Part shown: piece after piece, positions 1 to 9,554 of the stretch
Layout: every line of letters starts with the position of its first letter
Numbering within the stretch: position 1 is the first letter of the stretch
DNA from: Pirellulales bacterium
Lineage (GTDB): Bacteria > Planctomycetota > Planctomycetia > Pirellulales > UBA1268
NCBI GenBank assembly: GCA_029246985.1
Contig: JAQWMC010000033.1
Location: 4,794-68,793 of the forward strand
Direction of reading: 5' to 3'
Length of the DNA: 64,000 nt
The notes under the pieces: model-generated
What the model was told of the DNA's origin: nothing
What the model saw: the letters and a program-made list of their open reading frames with translations, nothing else
The model's database searches: none
Program-made: the position numbers and the translations under genes

Positions 1-169
1 CAGGCAATCAATCATCGTCGATTTTCCAAGAAAGGTGTTCTGAGGGCTTTTCATCGGAACTCTGTTTGAGGACCTGATATCCGACACGACAGGTTCTTGG
101 CAAGACTTCGTACGAGTACCAACAGAGAATTCCGTCGGTGCATAATATTCCTTATTTTTAACTGCAGCT

Positions 170-1963
170 ATGAACCTTAGCTTTTGGTACGAAAACTGGC
201 AGGGGATTCTTACCGCACTTGTGGTGGGCACGACACTGCTTGCACTTCTATTGGGTCGCCGTGCACCAGACATGGCCATGCTTGGTGCTGTGATTGTTTT
301 ACTAGCATCTGGAGTTCTTAGTCCTGCTGAAGCACTCTCAGGAATGAGTAACGAAGGAATGCTCACGGTAGCAGCATTGTTTGTCGTGGCAGCAGCTGTC
401 CATCGAACGGGAGCCCTTGCACTTGTCATCGATCGGGGGCTTGGCCGACCGCGTTCTCTCCATGAAGCCCAGGTGCGGACAATGACAATACCCGCAGTCC
501 TCTCTGGTTTTATGAACAACACCCCAGTGGTCGCTTTAATGGTGCCTGCCGTGCGAACCTGGGCTCACAAACACCAATTGAGTATTTCCAAAATCTTAAT
601 GCCTATGAATGATGCCGTCGTGCTTGGCGGCCTCTGCACGCTCATCGGGACAAGTACAAATATTGTTGTGAGTGGTTTACTGAATGAAAAAACCGGCGTG
701 TCACTTGGCATGTTTGATATCACATGGCTTGGTGTACCTCTCCTGATTGTTGGCTTCGCGTACATTCTTGTTGCCAGCAAAAGCCAATGGCTTCTAAAAG
801 ATCGCAGGCCAGCGGTAAGTGCGGGTGATGATCCTCGGGAATACTCACTTGAGATGGTCGTTGAATCCGGGAGCCCTCTTGCCGGACGAACAATTGAACA
901 AGCTGGTCTTCGTGGACTCCACGGGTTATTTCTTATGGAAGTCGATCGTGCTGGTCATGTACGAGCGGCAGTCGAACCAACAGAACGACTTGAAGAAGGC
1001 GATCGGCTAGTTTTTGTTGGCGTGGTCGACTCAGTCGTGGAGTTACAAAAGATACGTGGACTTCGGCCAGCTACAGACCAAGTATTCCAATTAGATGGAC
1101 CTCGATCTGAACGCACTCTTCTAGAAGCTGTTGTTTCCAATACGTGCCCTCTTGTTGGCCGGACAATTCGTGAGGGTCAATTTCGGTCGACTTACGATGC
1201 TGTTATTATTGCAGTCGCTCGAAATGGAGAGCGTTTAAGGAAAAAAATTGGCGATATCATTCTGCAACCAGGTGACACATTACTTCTTGAGGCAAGCCCA
1301 CGATTTCTGAAAAGACAAAAGACAAACCGTGATTTTTATCTTGTGAGTGAAGTGAAAGGGGCCAAGCCACCTCGGCACGACCTTGCGTGGATTGCATGCA
1401 CTATTTTGGTAGCTATGGTGTTGGCGGCAACACTCGAACTTGTTCCCATGGTTGCAGCAGCTCTTGTAGCAGCCGCGGCTATGGTCGCGACAGGGTGTAT
1501 TGGACCAAATGAAGCAAGAAAATCTATCGAATGGGAGACCCTGCTCCTCATTGCCGCTAGTTTCGGACTTGCCAGAGCCATTGAAAAAACAGGGCTTGAT
1601 GAACTCCTTGCTCAAAGCACTATTGGGGCTGCGGGTGATCGACCATACCTTGTCTTGGCAGCAATTTATTTTGTCACGATGATTTTTACTGAAACGATGA
1701 GTAACAACGCCGCGGCTGTGCTGATTTTTCCAATCGCATGGCAAACCGCTACTGATCTCGGCCTCAATCCAATGCCATTCATTATGGCGATTACCGTAGC
1801 CGCAAGTTGTGGATTCGCCAGTCCTCTTGGTTACCAGACAAATCTCATGGTGTATGGGCCGGGTGGCTACAAATTCAGTGATTACCTTCGTTTCGGCGGG
1901 CCATTAAACTTGATAGTAATGGTCATCACCATTATTTTAGCCCCTCTGATCTGGCCTTTCTAA
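170..1963 (+). CDS. SLC13/DASS-type permease with two internal TrkA-C (RCK C-terminal) domains
   Basis: 597-aa ORF with an ATG start. It has multi-pass hydrophobic N- and C-terminal halves. Two central soluble repeats have the TrkA-C pattern (..SPLAGRTIEQAGLRGLHGLFLMEVDRAG..EEGDRLVFVG and ..CPLVGRTIREGQFRSTYDAVIIAVARNGE..QPGDTLLLEAS). Confidence 0.75.
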   Translation: MNLSFWYENWQGILTALVVGTTLLALLLGRRAPDMAMLGAVIVLLASGVLSPAEALSGMSNEGMLTVAALFVVAAAVHRTGALALVIDRGLGRPRSLHEAQVRTMTIPAVLSGFMNNTPVVALMVPAVRTWAHKHQLSISKILMPMNDAVVLGGLCTLIGTSTNIVVSGLLNEKTGVSLGMFDITWLGVPLLIVGFAYILVASKSQWLLKDRRPAVSAGDDPREYSLEMVVESGSPLAGRTIEQAGLRGLHGLFLMEVDRAGHVRAAVEPTERLEEGDRLVFVGVVDSVVELQKIRGLRPATDQVFQLDGPRSERTLLEAVVSNTCPLVGRTIREGQFRSTYDAVIIAVARNGERLRKKIGDIILQPGDTLLLEASPRFLKRQKTNRDFYLVSEVKGAKPPRHDLAWIACTILVAMVLAATLELVPMVAAALVAAAAMVATGCIGPNEARKSIEWETLLLIAASFGLARAIEKTGLDELLAQSTIGAAGDRPYLVLAAIYFVTMIFTETMSNNAAAVLIFPIAWQTATDLGLNPMPFIMAITVAASCGFASPLGYQTNLMVYGPGGYKFSDYLRFGGPLNLIVMVITIILAPLIWPF

Positions 1964-2246
1964 AAGCACGCCGCACGGACCAGCGTCATTGAGGCACGGA
2001 CAACGTGCTTGAAAAAAACTTTTCTCCAAGACATCACGAGCTCAGTCGCTTCTGTTTCAGGATGTGGCCCAGAAGCCAGTACAACAATGATGCTGGCCAG
2101 ATTACTCAAGCGATTTCGCGAAAAAGTCAGATAAGTCAGCAGAGTAATCGTTACGACCGAACTAAACCGTCTTTTGTCTTTTCTTTGTGCTAGTCTGACG
2201 TCTTTCGTTCCTTTCTTGCGGACAGTAAGCGACGTAGTCTAATTGA

Positions 2247-3650
2247 TTGTCAACGTTTGTCCTAAACGCCACCTCCATCCTGCTGAGACGGATGAGCGAA
2301 ATACTCTTTCACTATTACCGTGTTAATCCAACGACCTGGTTTTACCTTGCGTCGCTTCTTTCGATTGCAGTTTTTTTCAAATTCAATCGAGCTTTGAGTA
2401 TTCGTAATGTTGATCTCGCCAGCCTGATTCTTTTCGCACCAGGCCTTCTGGCCGTTGAATACGGTGGCTTTAAAGCGAATATTGATGCACAACAACTTGG
2501 CTACGTATGGCTGTTTGTAGTAACCGGCTTATTTATTATCCGCATGCTCTGTGACTCACTCATGGTGCGAAGACCTATGCTTGAGCCCAACCTCAACAGT
2601 GGTGGCCTCATCTTTCTTGGGATATCACTCCTTGTTTTCCTTTTGGCAAATGTTCTCACCACGCGACCAGAAAGGGACGACCTTGCAGCAGCGACGACTG
2701 CAGCCAGACTCGAGACAGGTGATGCCGAGGTAAATGCCGATCAACTAGCCAGACTTGGGCCCGGATATCCACTCCTATTTCTGTTGCCACACATCTCAAC
2801 TCAACGCGTTTTCTCCTCGGAGGCAGTTTCCTCGGCAGGCGGCAAAACGAAAGAACCACCGCCACGAGTCGTTCACGAAACAACAGCTCGAGCAATGGCT
2901 ATTATTTCCCAACTACTGATCGTCAGCGGGATGATTTTTGTTGGGTGGAGACACTTTGAAAATATAAAACTCGGTATTGCTGCTGCGGTTCTTTATCTTC
3001 TTCTCCCATACACAGCCATGATGACCGGGAGAGTTGACCACGCCTTGCCCGGTGCGTTGATTGTTTGGGCGATTGGAGCATACCGGAGACCAGTAATTGC
3101 GGGAGGTCTCATAGGGTTAGCAATTGGCATCATTTACTACCCCGTATTCCTGCTTCCACTTTGGTGCAGTTTTTATTGGGAGCGCGGAGTCCGTCGATTC
3201 GCCACTGGTGTTGGAGCTGCTTTAGCAGCCCTTGTCATTGGACTTTGGTGTACTTCGCCAACACTCGCGATCTTTGCTGGCCAATTACGTCAGATGTTCG
3301 GTTGGATCTTTCCAAGTAGCGTAAGCCTCGAGGGATTCTGGGCATTCCCTTCTTACGACCCAGTTTTTCGGCTTCCTGTGCTCGCCGGCTTCTTGGTGAT
3401 GATGGCTACTATGGCAATCTGGCCTTCGCCAAAACATCTGGGGACACTCATGAGTTGTTCCGCCGCGATTCTCCTTGGAAGCCAATTCTGGAAAGCACAT
3501 AACGGCGGTCTTTTCTTAGCTTGGTTTCTCCCGATCCTTCTGCTCGTGATATTCCGACCAAACCTTGAAAACCGTGTTGCACTAAAGGCATTAGATACTG
3601 ATTGGTTCATTCGGCGCCGGAAACAAAGGCGTGCAATAGATGCCGCATAG
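2247..3650 (+). CDS. polytopic integral membrane protein of unknown function (GT-C-like topology is only a guess)
   Basis: 467-aa ORF with a TTG start; an alternative ATG lies at 2292. It has many predicted TM segments, one large Ala/Thr-rich loop and a basic C-terminal tail. I recognise no catalytic motif. Confidence 0.5.
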   Translation: MSTFVLNATSILLRRMSEILFHYYRVNPTTWFYLASLLSIAVFFKFNRALSIRNVDLASLILFAPGLLAVEYGGFKANIDAQQLGYVWLFVVTGLFIIRMLCDSLMVRRPMLEPNLNSGGLIFLGISLLVFLLANVLTTRPERDDLAAATTAARLETGDAEVNADQLARLGPGYPLLFLLPHISTQRVFSSEAVSSAGGKTKEPPPRVVHETTARAMAIISQLLIVSGMIFVGWRHFENIKLGIAAAVLYLLLPYTAMMTGRVDHALPGALIVWAIGAYRRPVIAGGLIGLAIGIIYYPVFLLPLWCSFYWERGVRRFATGVGAALAALVIGLWCTSPTLAIFAGQLRQMFGWIFPSSVSLEGFWAFPSYDPVFRLPVLAGFLVMMATMAIWPSPKHLGTLMSCSAAILLGSQFWKAHNGGLFLAWFLPILLLVIFRPNLENRVALKALDTDWFIRRRKQRRAIDAA

Positions 3651-3657
3651 GTACTAT

Positions 3658-4524
3658 TCACATGTCTCGACGTATATCAATAGTAGATGAGACACCTTGA
3701 TTTAAATACCAGAGATGCCAACGAGATTGATCCCAGCCATAGTTGACATTTGTCAGTGTTGTCAAAGCTTCAAGTACTTGCGCGTTCTGTAATGAAACGC
3801 CTTTCGTTTTCTGATTGCCTCCAAGGGCCAGGCCACCACCTGTTGGTGAAAATGTAACTGATGTTTTCCCTCCTGATTCAGCACCGGAAGAAACGACGTA
3901 CCGAGTAATTAAAACATTGATCAAGGGCTGAACAGCGGACTCATCACCAAGCGTTTTCAGTGCAAATGCAGCACGGTTGATGCGGTGACTATCGGTTCCT
4001 CTGAGCGAAGCAACAAGTGGCGGTACAATCTGTATCGACTCCTTATCTTTAAGTTGCTCGATGGCACTCCAACGCACCTCTGAATCAGAATGGTTAAGAA
4101 CCAGAGATAATAACGCTCCGATTGCATCTGTTGAATCTATATTCCCGAGAGCTTCAACATAGAGGAGTCGAACACGCGGAACAGGATCGGTATTGATCGC
4201 AGTGATGAGGGCCATTACCGCAAAAGGATCATTCGTTTGACGGATCTCGGTAGAAAAGTCCTCACTGACTCCTGGTTTATCAAGTTCTCGCCGCAACCTC
4301 TCTAGCCGCTGCCGTGCTTCAACCCTGCTCTTTGTTGCAGCTTCTGCCTGCTTATACAGATTAATTTCCTGCTGAGTTCTCCAGGACCCTCGATAGCGAT
4401 GATAGCCATGAGACTCCATCCGTTGTGTATGCGTACTGGTTGAATCTGAGATGGCAAAGTCTGGAACAACCAAGGCCCCGACCACCATCGCAGCAGCACA
4501 GATAGATCGCATTACGTTGTCCAT
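3658..4524 (-). CDS. secreted HEAT/PBS-lyase-type repeat protein
   Basis: 288 aa with a signal-like N-terminus (MRSICAAAMVVGALVV). Repeated HEAT-like units are present (VRLLYVEALGNI..DAIGALLSLVLNHSDSEVRWSAIEQL..PPLVASLRGTDSHRINRAAFALKTLGDESAVQPLINVL). The start lies 6 nt after the stop of the upstream GspF-like gene. Confidence 0.6.
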   Translation of the reverse strand: MDNVMRSICAAAMVVGALVVPDFAISDSTSTHTQRMESHGYHRYRGSWRTQQEINLYKQAEAATKSRVEARQRLERLRRELDKPGVSEDFSTEIRQTNDPFAVMALITAINTDPVPRVRLLYVEALGNIDSTDAIGALLSLVLNHSDSEVRWSAIEQLKDKESIQIVPPLVASLRGTDSHRINRAAFALKTLGDESAVQPLINVLITRYVVSSGAESGGKTSVTFSPTGGGLALGGNQKTKGVSLQNAQVLEALTTLTNVNYGWDQSRWHLWYLNQGVSSTIDIRRDM

Positions 4525-4530
4525 ATTGCC

Positions 4531-5592
4531 CTAAATTTGGCTGGCGGCGTCTTTAATCATTCCAACATAAACTGAAAACACCCTGAAAATCACAAGTATC
4601 ACGAGGCCGGCTACGAAAAGCCAGACACCACCGCCAGCCGCTTTTGCTGCCGCTTCAAACCCTTTTCTTGAATTATCGGCAAATTGTTCGCTCAGTCTTC
4701 CGAGAACCTCTGAAACTGTTCCGGATTCTTCACCAACTGCCAAACCTTCAACTAATTCAGGTGGAAAACGATGAGCAGCGTGAAGTGCTTCGGCTAGCGT
4801 ATCTCCAGAAACCAGCCTTTCATTTACCCAGTGTGGGTCAATTGCCAGACCCGGAGCTACCGAACCACCAAGCGCAACAAGTCTGCCTGCATCAAGTCCG
4901 GCACCTGCGGCCAACGATGCGGCCTGACTCCAGGCAGCTGCTTCCCCATCTCGAGCAGCTGGTCCAATAAGTGGTAAACGGGTAATGAATCCACGAATGA
5001 AACCATGTGATCTCCATCCGCTAAGGACTGATCGAGAGACACATACCAAAACAACGAACAGGGAAAACAGAAGTACACCGTACATCTTGAGACCTGACAT
5101 ACCAACAAGACCGAGACCAATAAAATCGAGTGATTTTCCTCGCTCCAATTCAATCATCCCACTAATGAGAATAAGTAGACCCACAACTGCCAGCGCGAGC
5201 ACGAATTGAACTGCCGGCAAAATGAGACTCGAACGAAGCCGCGATGTAGTTTCTACTCTATGATTGATTACGCGAGATAGCTCTTTCAGTGTCTCGACAT
5301 CTTTACCAGTTTGATCACCGACAGCTACCATCCCCACCACTAACGGAGGGAATAGCCCCGTATGAGCAAGCGCGTCAGAAAGCATTTCTCCATTATCAAG
5401 ACTACGCGTTCCAAGAGACAGGTGTGATCGCCAACGAGCAGGCATTCGCTTGACTTCACTTGCCCAGGCTTTCCGCAAATCAATACCTGCCCGAAGTGTT
5501 ATTGCCAATCGCCCAAGCAAATCTGCCTGCAACCGGGCTGGCAGTTGTCGGCTCACAAGTCGTCCTGTCGCTTTTTGGGGTAAACCACGCAT
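4531..5592 (-). CDS. type II secretion / type IV pilus platform protein F family (GspF/PilC/TadC-like)
   Basis: 353 aa with two T2SSF-like halves, each ending in TM segments. Motifs: ..LSDALAHTGLFPPLVVGMVAVGDQTGKDVETL.. and ..LAEALHAAHRFPPELVEGLAVGEESGTVSEVL.. Confidence 0.7.
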   Translation of the reverse strand: MRGLPQKATGRLVSRQLPARLQADLLGRLAITLRAGIDLRKAWASEVKRMPARWRSHLSLGTRSLDNGEMLSDALAHTGLFPPLVVGMVAVGDQTGKDVETLKELSRVINHRVETTSRLRSSLILPAVQFVLALAVVGLLILISGMIELERGKSLDFIGLGLVGMSGLKMYGVLLFSLFVVLVCVSRSVLSGWRSHGFIRGFITRLPLIGPAARDGEAAAWSQAASLAAGAGLDAGRLVALGGSVAPGLAIDPHWVNERLVSGDTLAEALHAAHRFPPELVEGLAVGEESGTVSEVLGRLSEQFADNSRKGFEAAAKAAGGGVWLFVAGLVILVIFRVFSVYVGMIKDAASQI

Positions 5593-5741
5593 GCTTTATT
5601 TTCGCCATAAGGGCTTAGAATGTCGATAAACAGGCGACCTCTGCTCACAAAGAGGTGCACATCTGGTAAAACCCATAGAACATTTACTGAGTAAGTGAAT
5701 TACTGCCCCCACGACATTTTTGCACAAATCTACATTTCATT

Positions 5742-6593
5742 ATGACTGCCCAATGGGACACGGTCACGATCGTCGGAGTTGGCCTTATTGGAGGATCAGC
5801 TGGTCTTGCTCTCGCCAAACGAGGAGCCGCAAACAAAATCATAGGTGTCGGTCGGTCCGACAGTTCTTTAGCGGCCGCTAAGGAACTTGGTGCCATAAGC
5901 GAAGGTACCACAAACATCCGTGATGGTGTGGCAGATGCTGACTTTGTTCTGGTAGCGACTCGGGTGAGTGTTATTGGAAATCAACTGGAAGAGATCGACG
6001 CATGTGTTCGCTCCGGCACACCCATCACGGATGCTGGCAGCACGAAACAGTCAATTGTTGACCGCTGGGAGCAGCATCGACCATCTCGCAAAGGCCGATT
6101 TGTCGGCAGCCATCCTCTTGCCGGAAGTCACCAACGTGGTCCACAAGCGGCAGACCCTAACCTTTTTGAAGGCAAACTAACGGTTCTTACTCCAGTGGAA
6201 TCTACGCCGAGAATAGATACTGAAACGATCTCTGCTTTTTGGCAACAGATTGGTGCCCAGGCGTGTCTCCTTTCGCCATCGGAACACGACCAGCTCCTTG
6301 CCTCCGCGAGCCACGCACCTCATATTGTTGCTGCTGCACTGGCTACGGCAACACCCCGTGAAGCTCATCGTTTCACTGCTGGAGGCTGGCGGGACACCAC
6401 CCGAATAGCAGCTGGTGATCCCGAACTATGGGCTGACATATTGCTCGATAACGCCAAGGCAGTCACCACACAAATAAAAAAAATCACCAAAGTATCTGAT
6501 CAATTGCGACACGCAATCGAAGAAGGCGACCGGTCCACACTCATCAAATTATTAACTCTCGCTAAGGAAAGCCGTGATGCTCTGGGAAGTTGA
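5742..6593 (+). CDS. tyrA: prephenate/arogenate dehydrogenase
   Basis: 283 aa with an N-terminal Rossmann motif (IVGVGLIGGS). It carries the ..FVGSHPLAGS.. signature and a C-terminal dimerisation domain pattern. Confidence 0.8.
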   Translation: MTAQWDTVTIVGVGLIGGSAGLALAKRGAANKIIGVGRSDSSLAAAKELGAISEGTTNIRDGVADADFVLVATRVSVIGNQLEEIDACVRSGTPITDAGSTKQSIVDRWEQHRPSRKGRFVGSHPLAGSHQRGPQAADPNLFEGKLTVLTPVESTPRIDTETISAFWQQIGAQACLLSPSEHDQLLASASHAPHIVAAALATATPREAHRFTAGGWRDTTRIAAGDPELWADILLDNAKAVTTQIKKITKVSDQLRHAIEEGDRSTLIKLLTLAKESRDALGS

Positions 6594-9543
6594 TGTACAC
6601 GACCGTCAGCATGATACTACTGCTCAAGACCTCGTTACTGCTGCAAACGATCTCGGTTTTGACGTTCACACCGCTCATGCCGCTACTGGCTGGCTTATTG
6701 AAGGTGACATGGACTTCGACGAGGTTCGAAGAATCGGGACACGGCTCTTCACAGATCCGGTAACAGAAGTCTGTAGGGTGGCGAAAGTTGGAGAAGCGGA
6801 ATTGGTTTCAATGCCGCCCGGCGCAGAAGAGACTCATAATCTTATTTTGCATGTCCTCCCAAAACCAGGTGTGACTGATCCCGCCGCAGAAAGTGCCAAA
6901 GAAGCGATGGCACTGCTTGGAGTAAATGCCACTGCAGTTCGAAGTCTTAAGAAATACTGGGTACCCGCGGAATGCATGACATCAGAACAAGTTGCAGAGA
7001 TTGCGTGGAAACGACTTGCCAGCGAAGCCATTCATGAAGTTATTATTGGCCCACTTACGCTTTCTAGGCTGAGTGGTGGCAGCAGGTGGGAACTGAAACG
7101 TGAGCATGTGCGACTCAATGGACTGAATGATTCCGAACTTGAAGAACTGAGCCGCCAACAGTGCCTCGCACTCACAGCAAAAGAATTACATGCAGTACGA
7201 GAGCACTTTAATAGCCTCGGGCGAGAACCATTCGAGATAGAACTCGAAACAATCGCCCAGACGTGGAGTGAGCATTGTTGCCACAAAACTCTTGGGAGTC
7301 CTATAGATCATATCGGACCTGACGGTGAGTCTCGCTATGACAACTTACTTAAAGAGACAGTTTTCGCATCAACGGAAACTGTCCGAGAGCAGCTTGGGCC
7401 AGACGACTGGTGTGTAAGTGTATTTAGTGATAATTCTGGCGTTGTTCGCTTTGATGGCGATCACGACATCTGTGTCAAAGTCGAGACCCATAATCATCCT
7501 TCTGCTATTGAACCATACGGAGGCGCCGCAACCGGTCTGGGAGGAGTGATCCGGGATGTGCTTGGCACCGGGCATGGTGCAAAGCCACTTGCAAATCTAG
7601 ATGTTTTCTGTGTAGCTCCATTGAACACACCGGCTAAAACAATTCCACCTGGTATTATTCCACCAGAAAAATTACTTCATGGAGTTGTTGCTGGTGTACG
7701 AGATTACGGCAACCGAATGGGCATCCCAACCATTGCTGGGGCTGTGGCATTTCACTCGGGTTACCTTGGGAATCCTCTCGTTTTTTGTGGCACAGTGGGG
7801 CTCATGCCCCGTGATTCTGCAGATGGTCGTGTTGAGCCTGGTGATCTCGTGGTTGTTGCTGGGGGAAGAACAGGCCGTGATGGCATCCACGGCGCAACGT
7901 TTTCCAGTATTGAGCTTTCGAGTGAGAGTGAAAATCAATCGGGCGGATCAGTGCAGATTGGGCATGCTATTCACGAAAAAACGGTCACTGATTTTGTGTT
8001 GGCGGCATCTGAAGAACAACTTTTTCATGCCATTACAGATTGTGGTGCAGGAGGACTGTCGAGTGCCGTTGGAGAAATGGGGGCTGAACTAGGTGCCGAA
8101 GTCGATCTGGAAAAGGTACCCTTGAAGTACGATGGTCTTTCAGCCACCGAAGTGTGGATTTCCGAAGCGCAAGAGCGAATGGTGCTTGCTGTCTCTCCTT
8201 CAGAATGGCCCCGTCTTGCGGAGGTTGCCCGACTAGAAGGCGTTGAAGCAACTCCTATCGGTACATTTACAGGAAATGGTCAGCTGGTGCTTCGTTGGAA
8301 CGGGGAAAGTGTTGGTGACCTCAATTGTCATTTTCTCCACGAGGGCAGGCCAAGAGAGCGTCTCCGATCCATATTTACACCACCACAACATCTTCCCGTT
8401 CGCTGGTCACTAGAAAACGAAAACTTTGAAACTGTTCTACTTGAATTACTTCGGTCCGAAGATGTAGCAAGTAAGGAATGGATCATTCGGCAGTACGATC
8501 ACGAAGTTCAGGGGAAAAGTGTTCTCAAGCCATTACTGGGACCAATGGGGGGGCCAGCTGACGCAACAGTAATACGCGGAGTATTGGGCCGACCAAGAGG
8601 CATTCTGATAGGCATTGGGCTTCGGCACCACCTTGGAACCATTGATCCGTTTGAGATGGCCGTTGGTGGTATCGTGGAAGCTGTTTCAAACTGTATTGCA
8701 TCCGGGGCTGACCCAGAGCGAATTGCGTTGCTTGATAATTTCTGTTGGGGTGACTGCCGTCGACCAGATTCACTCGGAACACTGGTGGAAGCATGTCGTG
8801 GTTGCTATGAAGCAGCAGTGACTCTTCAAGCTCCATTTGTCAGCGGTAAAGATAGCCTCAACAACGTCTTCACGTGGAAAGACGATGCGGGTGTCGTCAA
8901 AGAGCAATCAATACCACCAACATTACTTGCCACAGCAATCGGTCAGATAAATGATGTGAGTTTGTGTGTTTCCTCCGATTTTAAAAGAGCAGGTAATCGA
9001 ATTGCTGTTGTTGGTATTTCAACAACGGAACTTGGCGGGAGTCAACTTGGTGTTATCGGCCGAATAACGGGAGGTGACATTCCCAAAGTAGATTTGAAGA
9101 ATTGCCAGAACGCTTTCAAGAGCATCTACGAATTAAACCAGCAGCGACTCATCGCATCGTGTCACGATCTATCTGATGGAGGGCTTGGGGTAGCTCTTGC
9201 TGAAATGGCTATAGGCGGTGGCTTAGGCGCCGACATAAACCTGGCAAAGGTACCACTCGATGACACTGACGACTTAGCAAAACCCGACGAACTCATCAGT
9301 TTACTACGCGTTGCGTGTGCTGAAACTCCAGGGCGATTTTTGATAGAAGTCAAAGAAGAGAACACGTCTGAAGTGGACAGAATACTTCACGGGAGTACGT
9401 GGTCGTGGATTGGAACTGTCACCAACGACAGCTTGCTTACAATTCGCTGTGGTGAAGATTCAATTGTTACCCAAACATTAGTTCGCAAACTTGCAACCGC
9501 TTGGCGAGAGCCAAGTACTGCTCAAACACACGGCAAGTCCTAA
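6574..9543 (+). CDS. purL: phosphoribosylformylglycinamidine synthase subunit PurL with an N-terminal PurS-like extension
   Basis: 989 aa. AIR-synthase-like PurL motifs are present (..WSEHCCHKTL.., ..VETHNHPSAIEPYGGAATGLGGVIRD.., ..DCGAGGLSSAVGEM..). The first roughly 170 aa contain two PurS-like half-domains. The start overlaps the tyrA stop by 20 nt. Confidence 0.9.
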   Translation: MMLWEVDVHDRQHDTTAQDLVTAANDLGFDVHTAHAATGWLIEGDMDFDEVRRIGTRLFTDPVTEVCRVAKVGEAELVSMPPGAEETHNLILHVLPKPGVTDPAAESAKEAMALLGVNATAVRSLKKYWVPAECMTSEQVAEIAWKRLASEAIHEVIIGPLTLSRLSGGSRWELKREHVRLNGLNDSELEELSRQQCLALTAKELHAVREHFNSLGREPFEIELETIAQTWSEHCCHKTLGSPIDHIGPDGESRYDNLLKETVFASTETVREQLGPDDWCVSVFSDNSGVVRFDGDHDICVKVETHNHPSAIEPYGGAATGLGGVIRDVLGTGHGAKPLANLDVFCVAPLNTPAKTIPPGIIPPEKLLHGVVAGVRDYGNRMGIPTIAGAVAFHSGYLGNPLVFCGTVGLMPRDSADGRVEPGDLVVVAGGRTGRDGIHGATFSSIELSSESENQSGGSVQIGHAIHEKTVTDFVLAASEEQLFHAITDCGAGGLSSAVGEMGAELGAEVDLEKVPLKYDGLSATEVWISEAQERMVLAVSPSEWPRLAEVARLEGVEATPIGTFTGNGQLVLRWNGESVGDLNCHFLHEGRPRERLRSIFTPPQHLPVRWSLENENFETVLLELLRSEDVASKEWIIRQYDHEVQGKSVLKPLLGPMGGPADATVIRGVLGRPRGILIGIGLRHHLGTIDPFEMAVGGIVEAVSNCIASGADPERIALLDNFCWGDCRRPDSLGTLVEACRGCYEAAVTLQAPFVSGKDSLNNVFTWKDDAGVVKEQSIPPTLLATAIGQINDVSLCVSSDFKRAGNRIAVVGISTTELGGSQLGVIGRITGGDIPKVDLKNCQNAFKSIYELNQQRLIASCHDLSDGGLGVALAEMAIGGGLGADINLAKVPLDDTDDLAKPDELISLLRVACAETPGRFLIEVKEENTSEVDRILHGSTWSWIGTVTNDSLLTIRCGEDSIVTQTLVRKLATAWREPSTAQTHGKS

Positions 9544-9554
9544 GGAAAAACTGC

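Noticed and set aside
1-169. Possible partial genes at the left edge: a plus-strand frame ending at about 69, and a minus-strand ATG at 54 running off the edge.
   Set aside because: Fewer than 25 codons are visible in either case, and there are no motifs to support them.
2005-2193. A 62-aa ORF in the gap between the SLC13 permease and the membrane-protein gene.
   Set aside because: It has a GTG start with no RBS, a composition not typical of coding sequence, and no motif. It probably lies in promoter or leader DNA.
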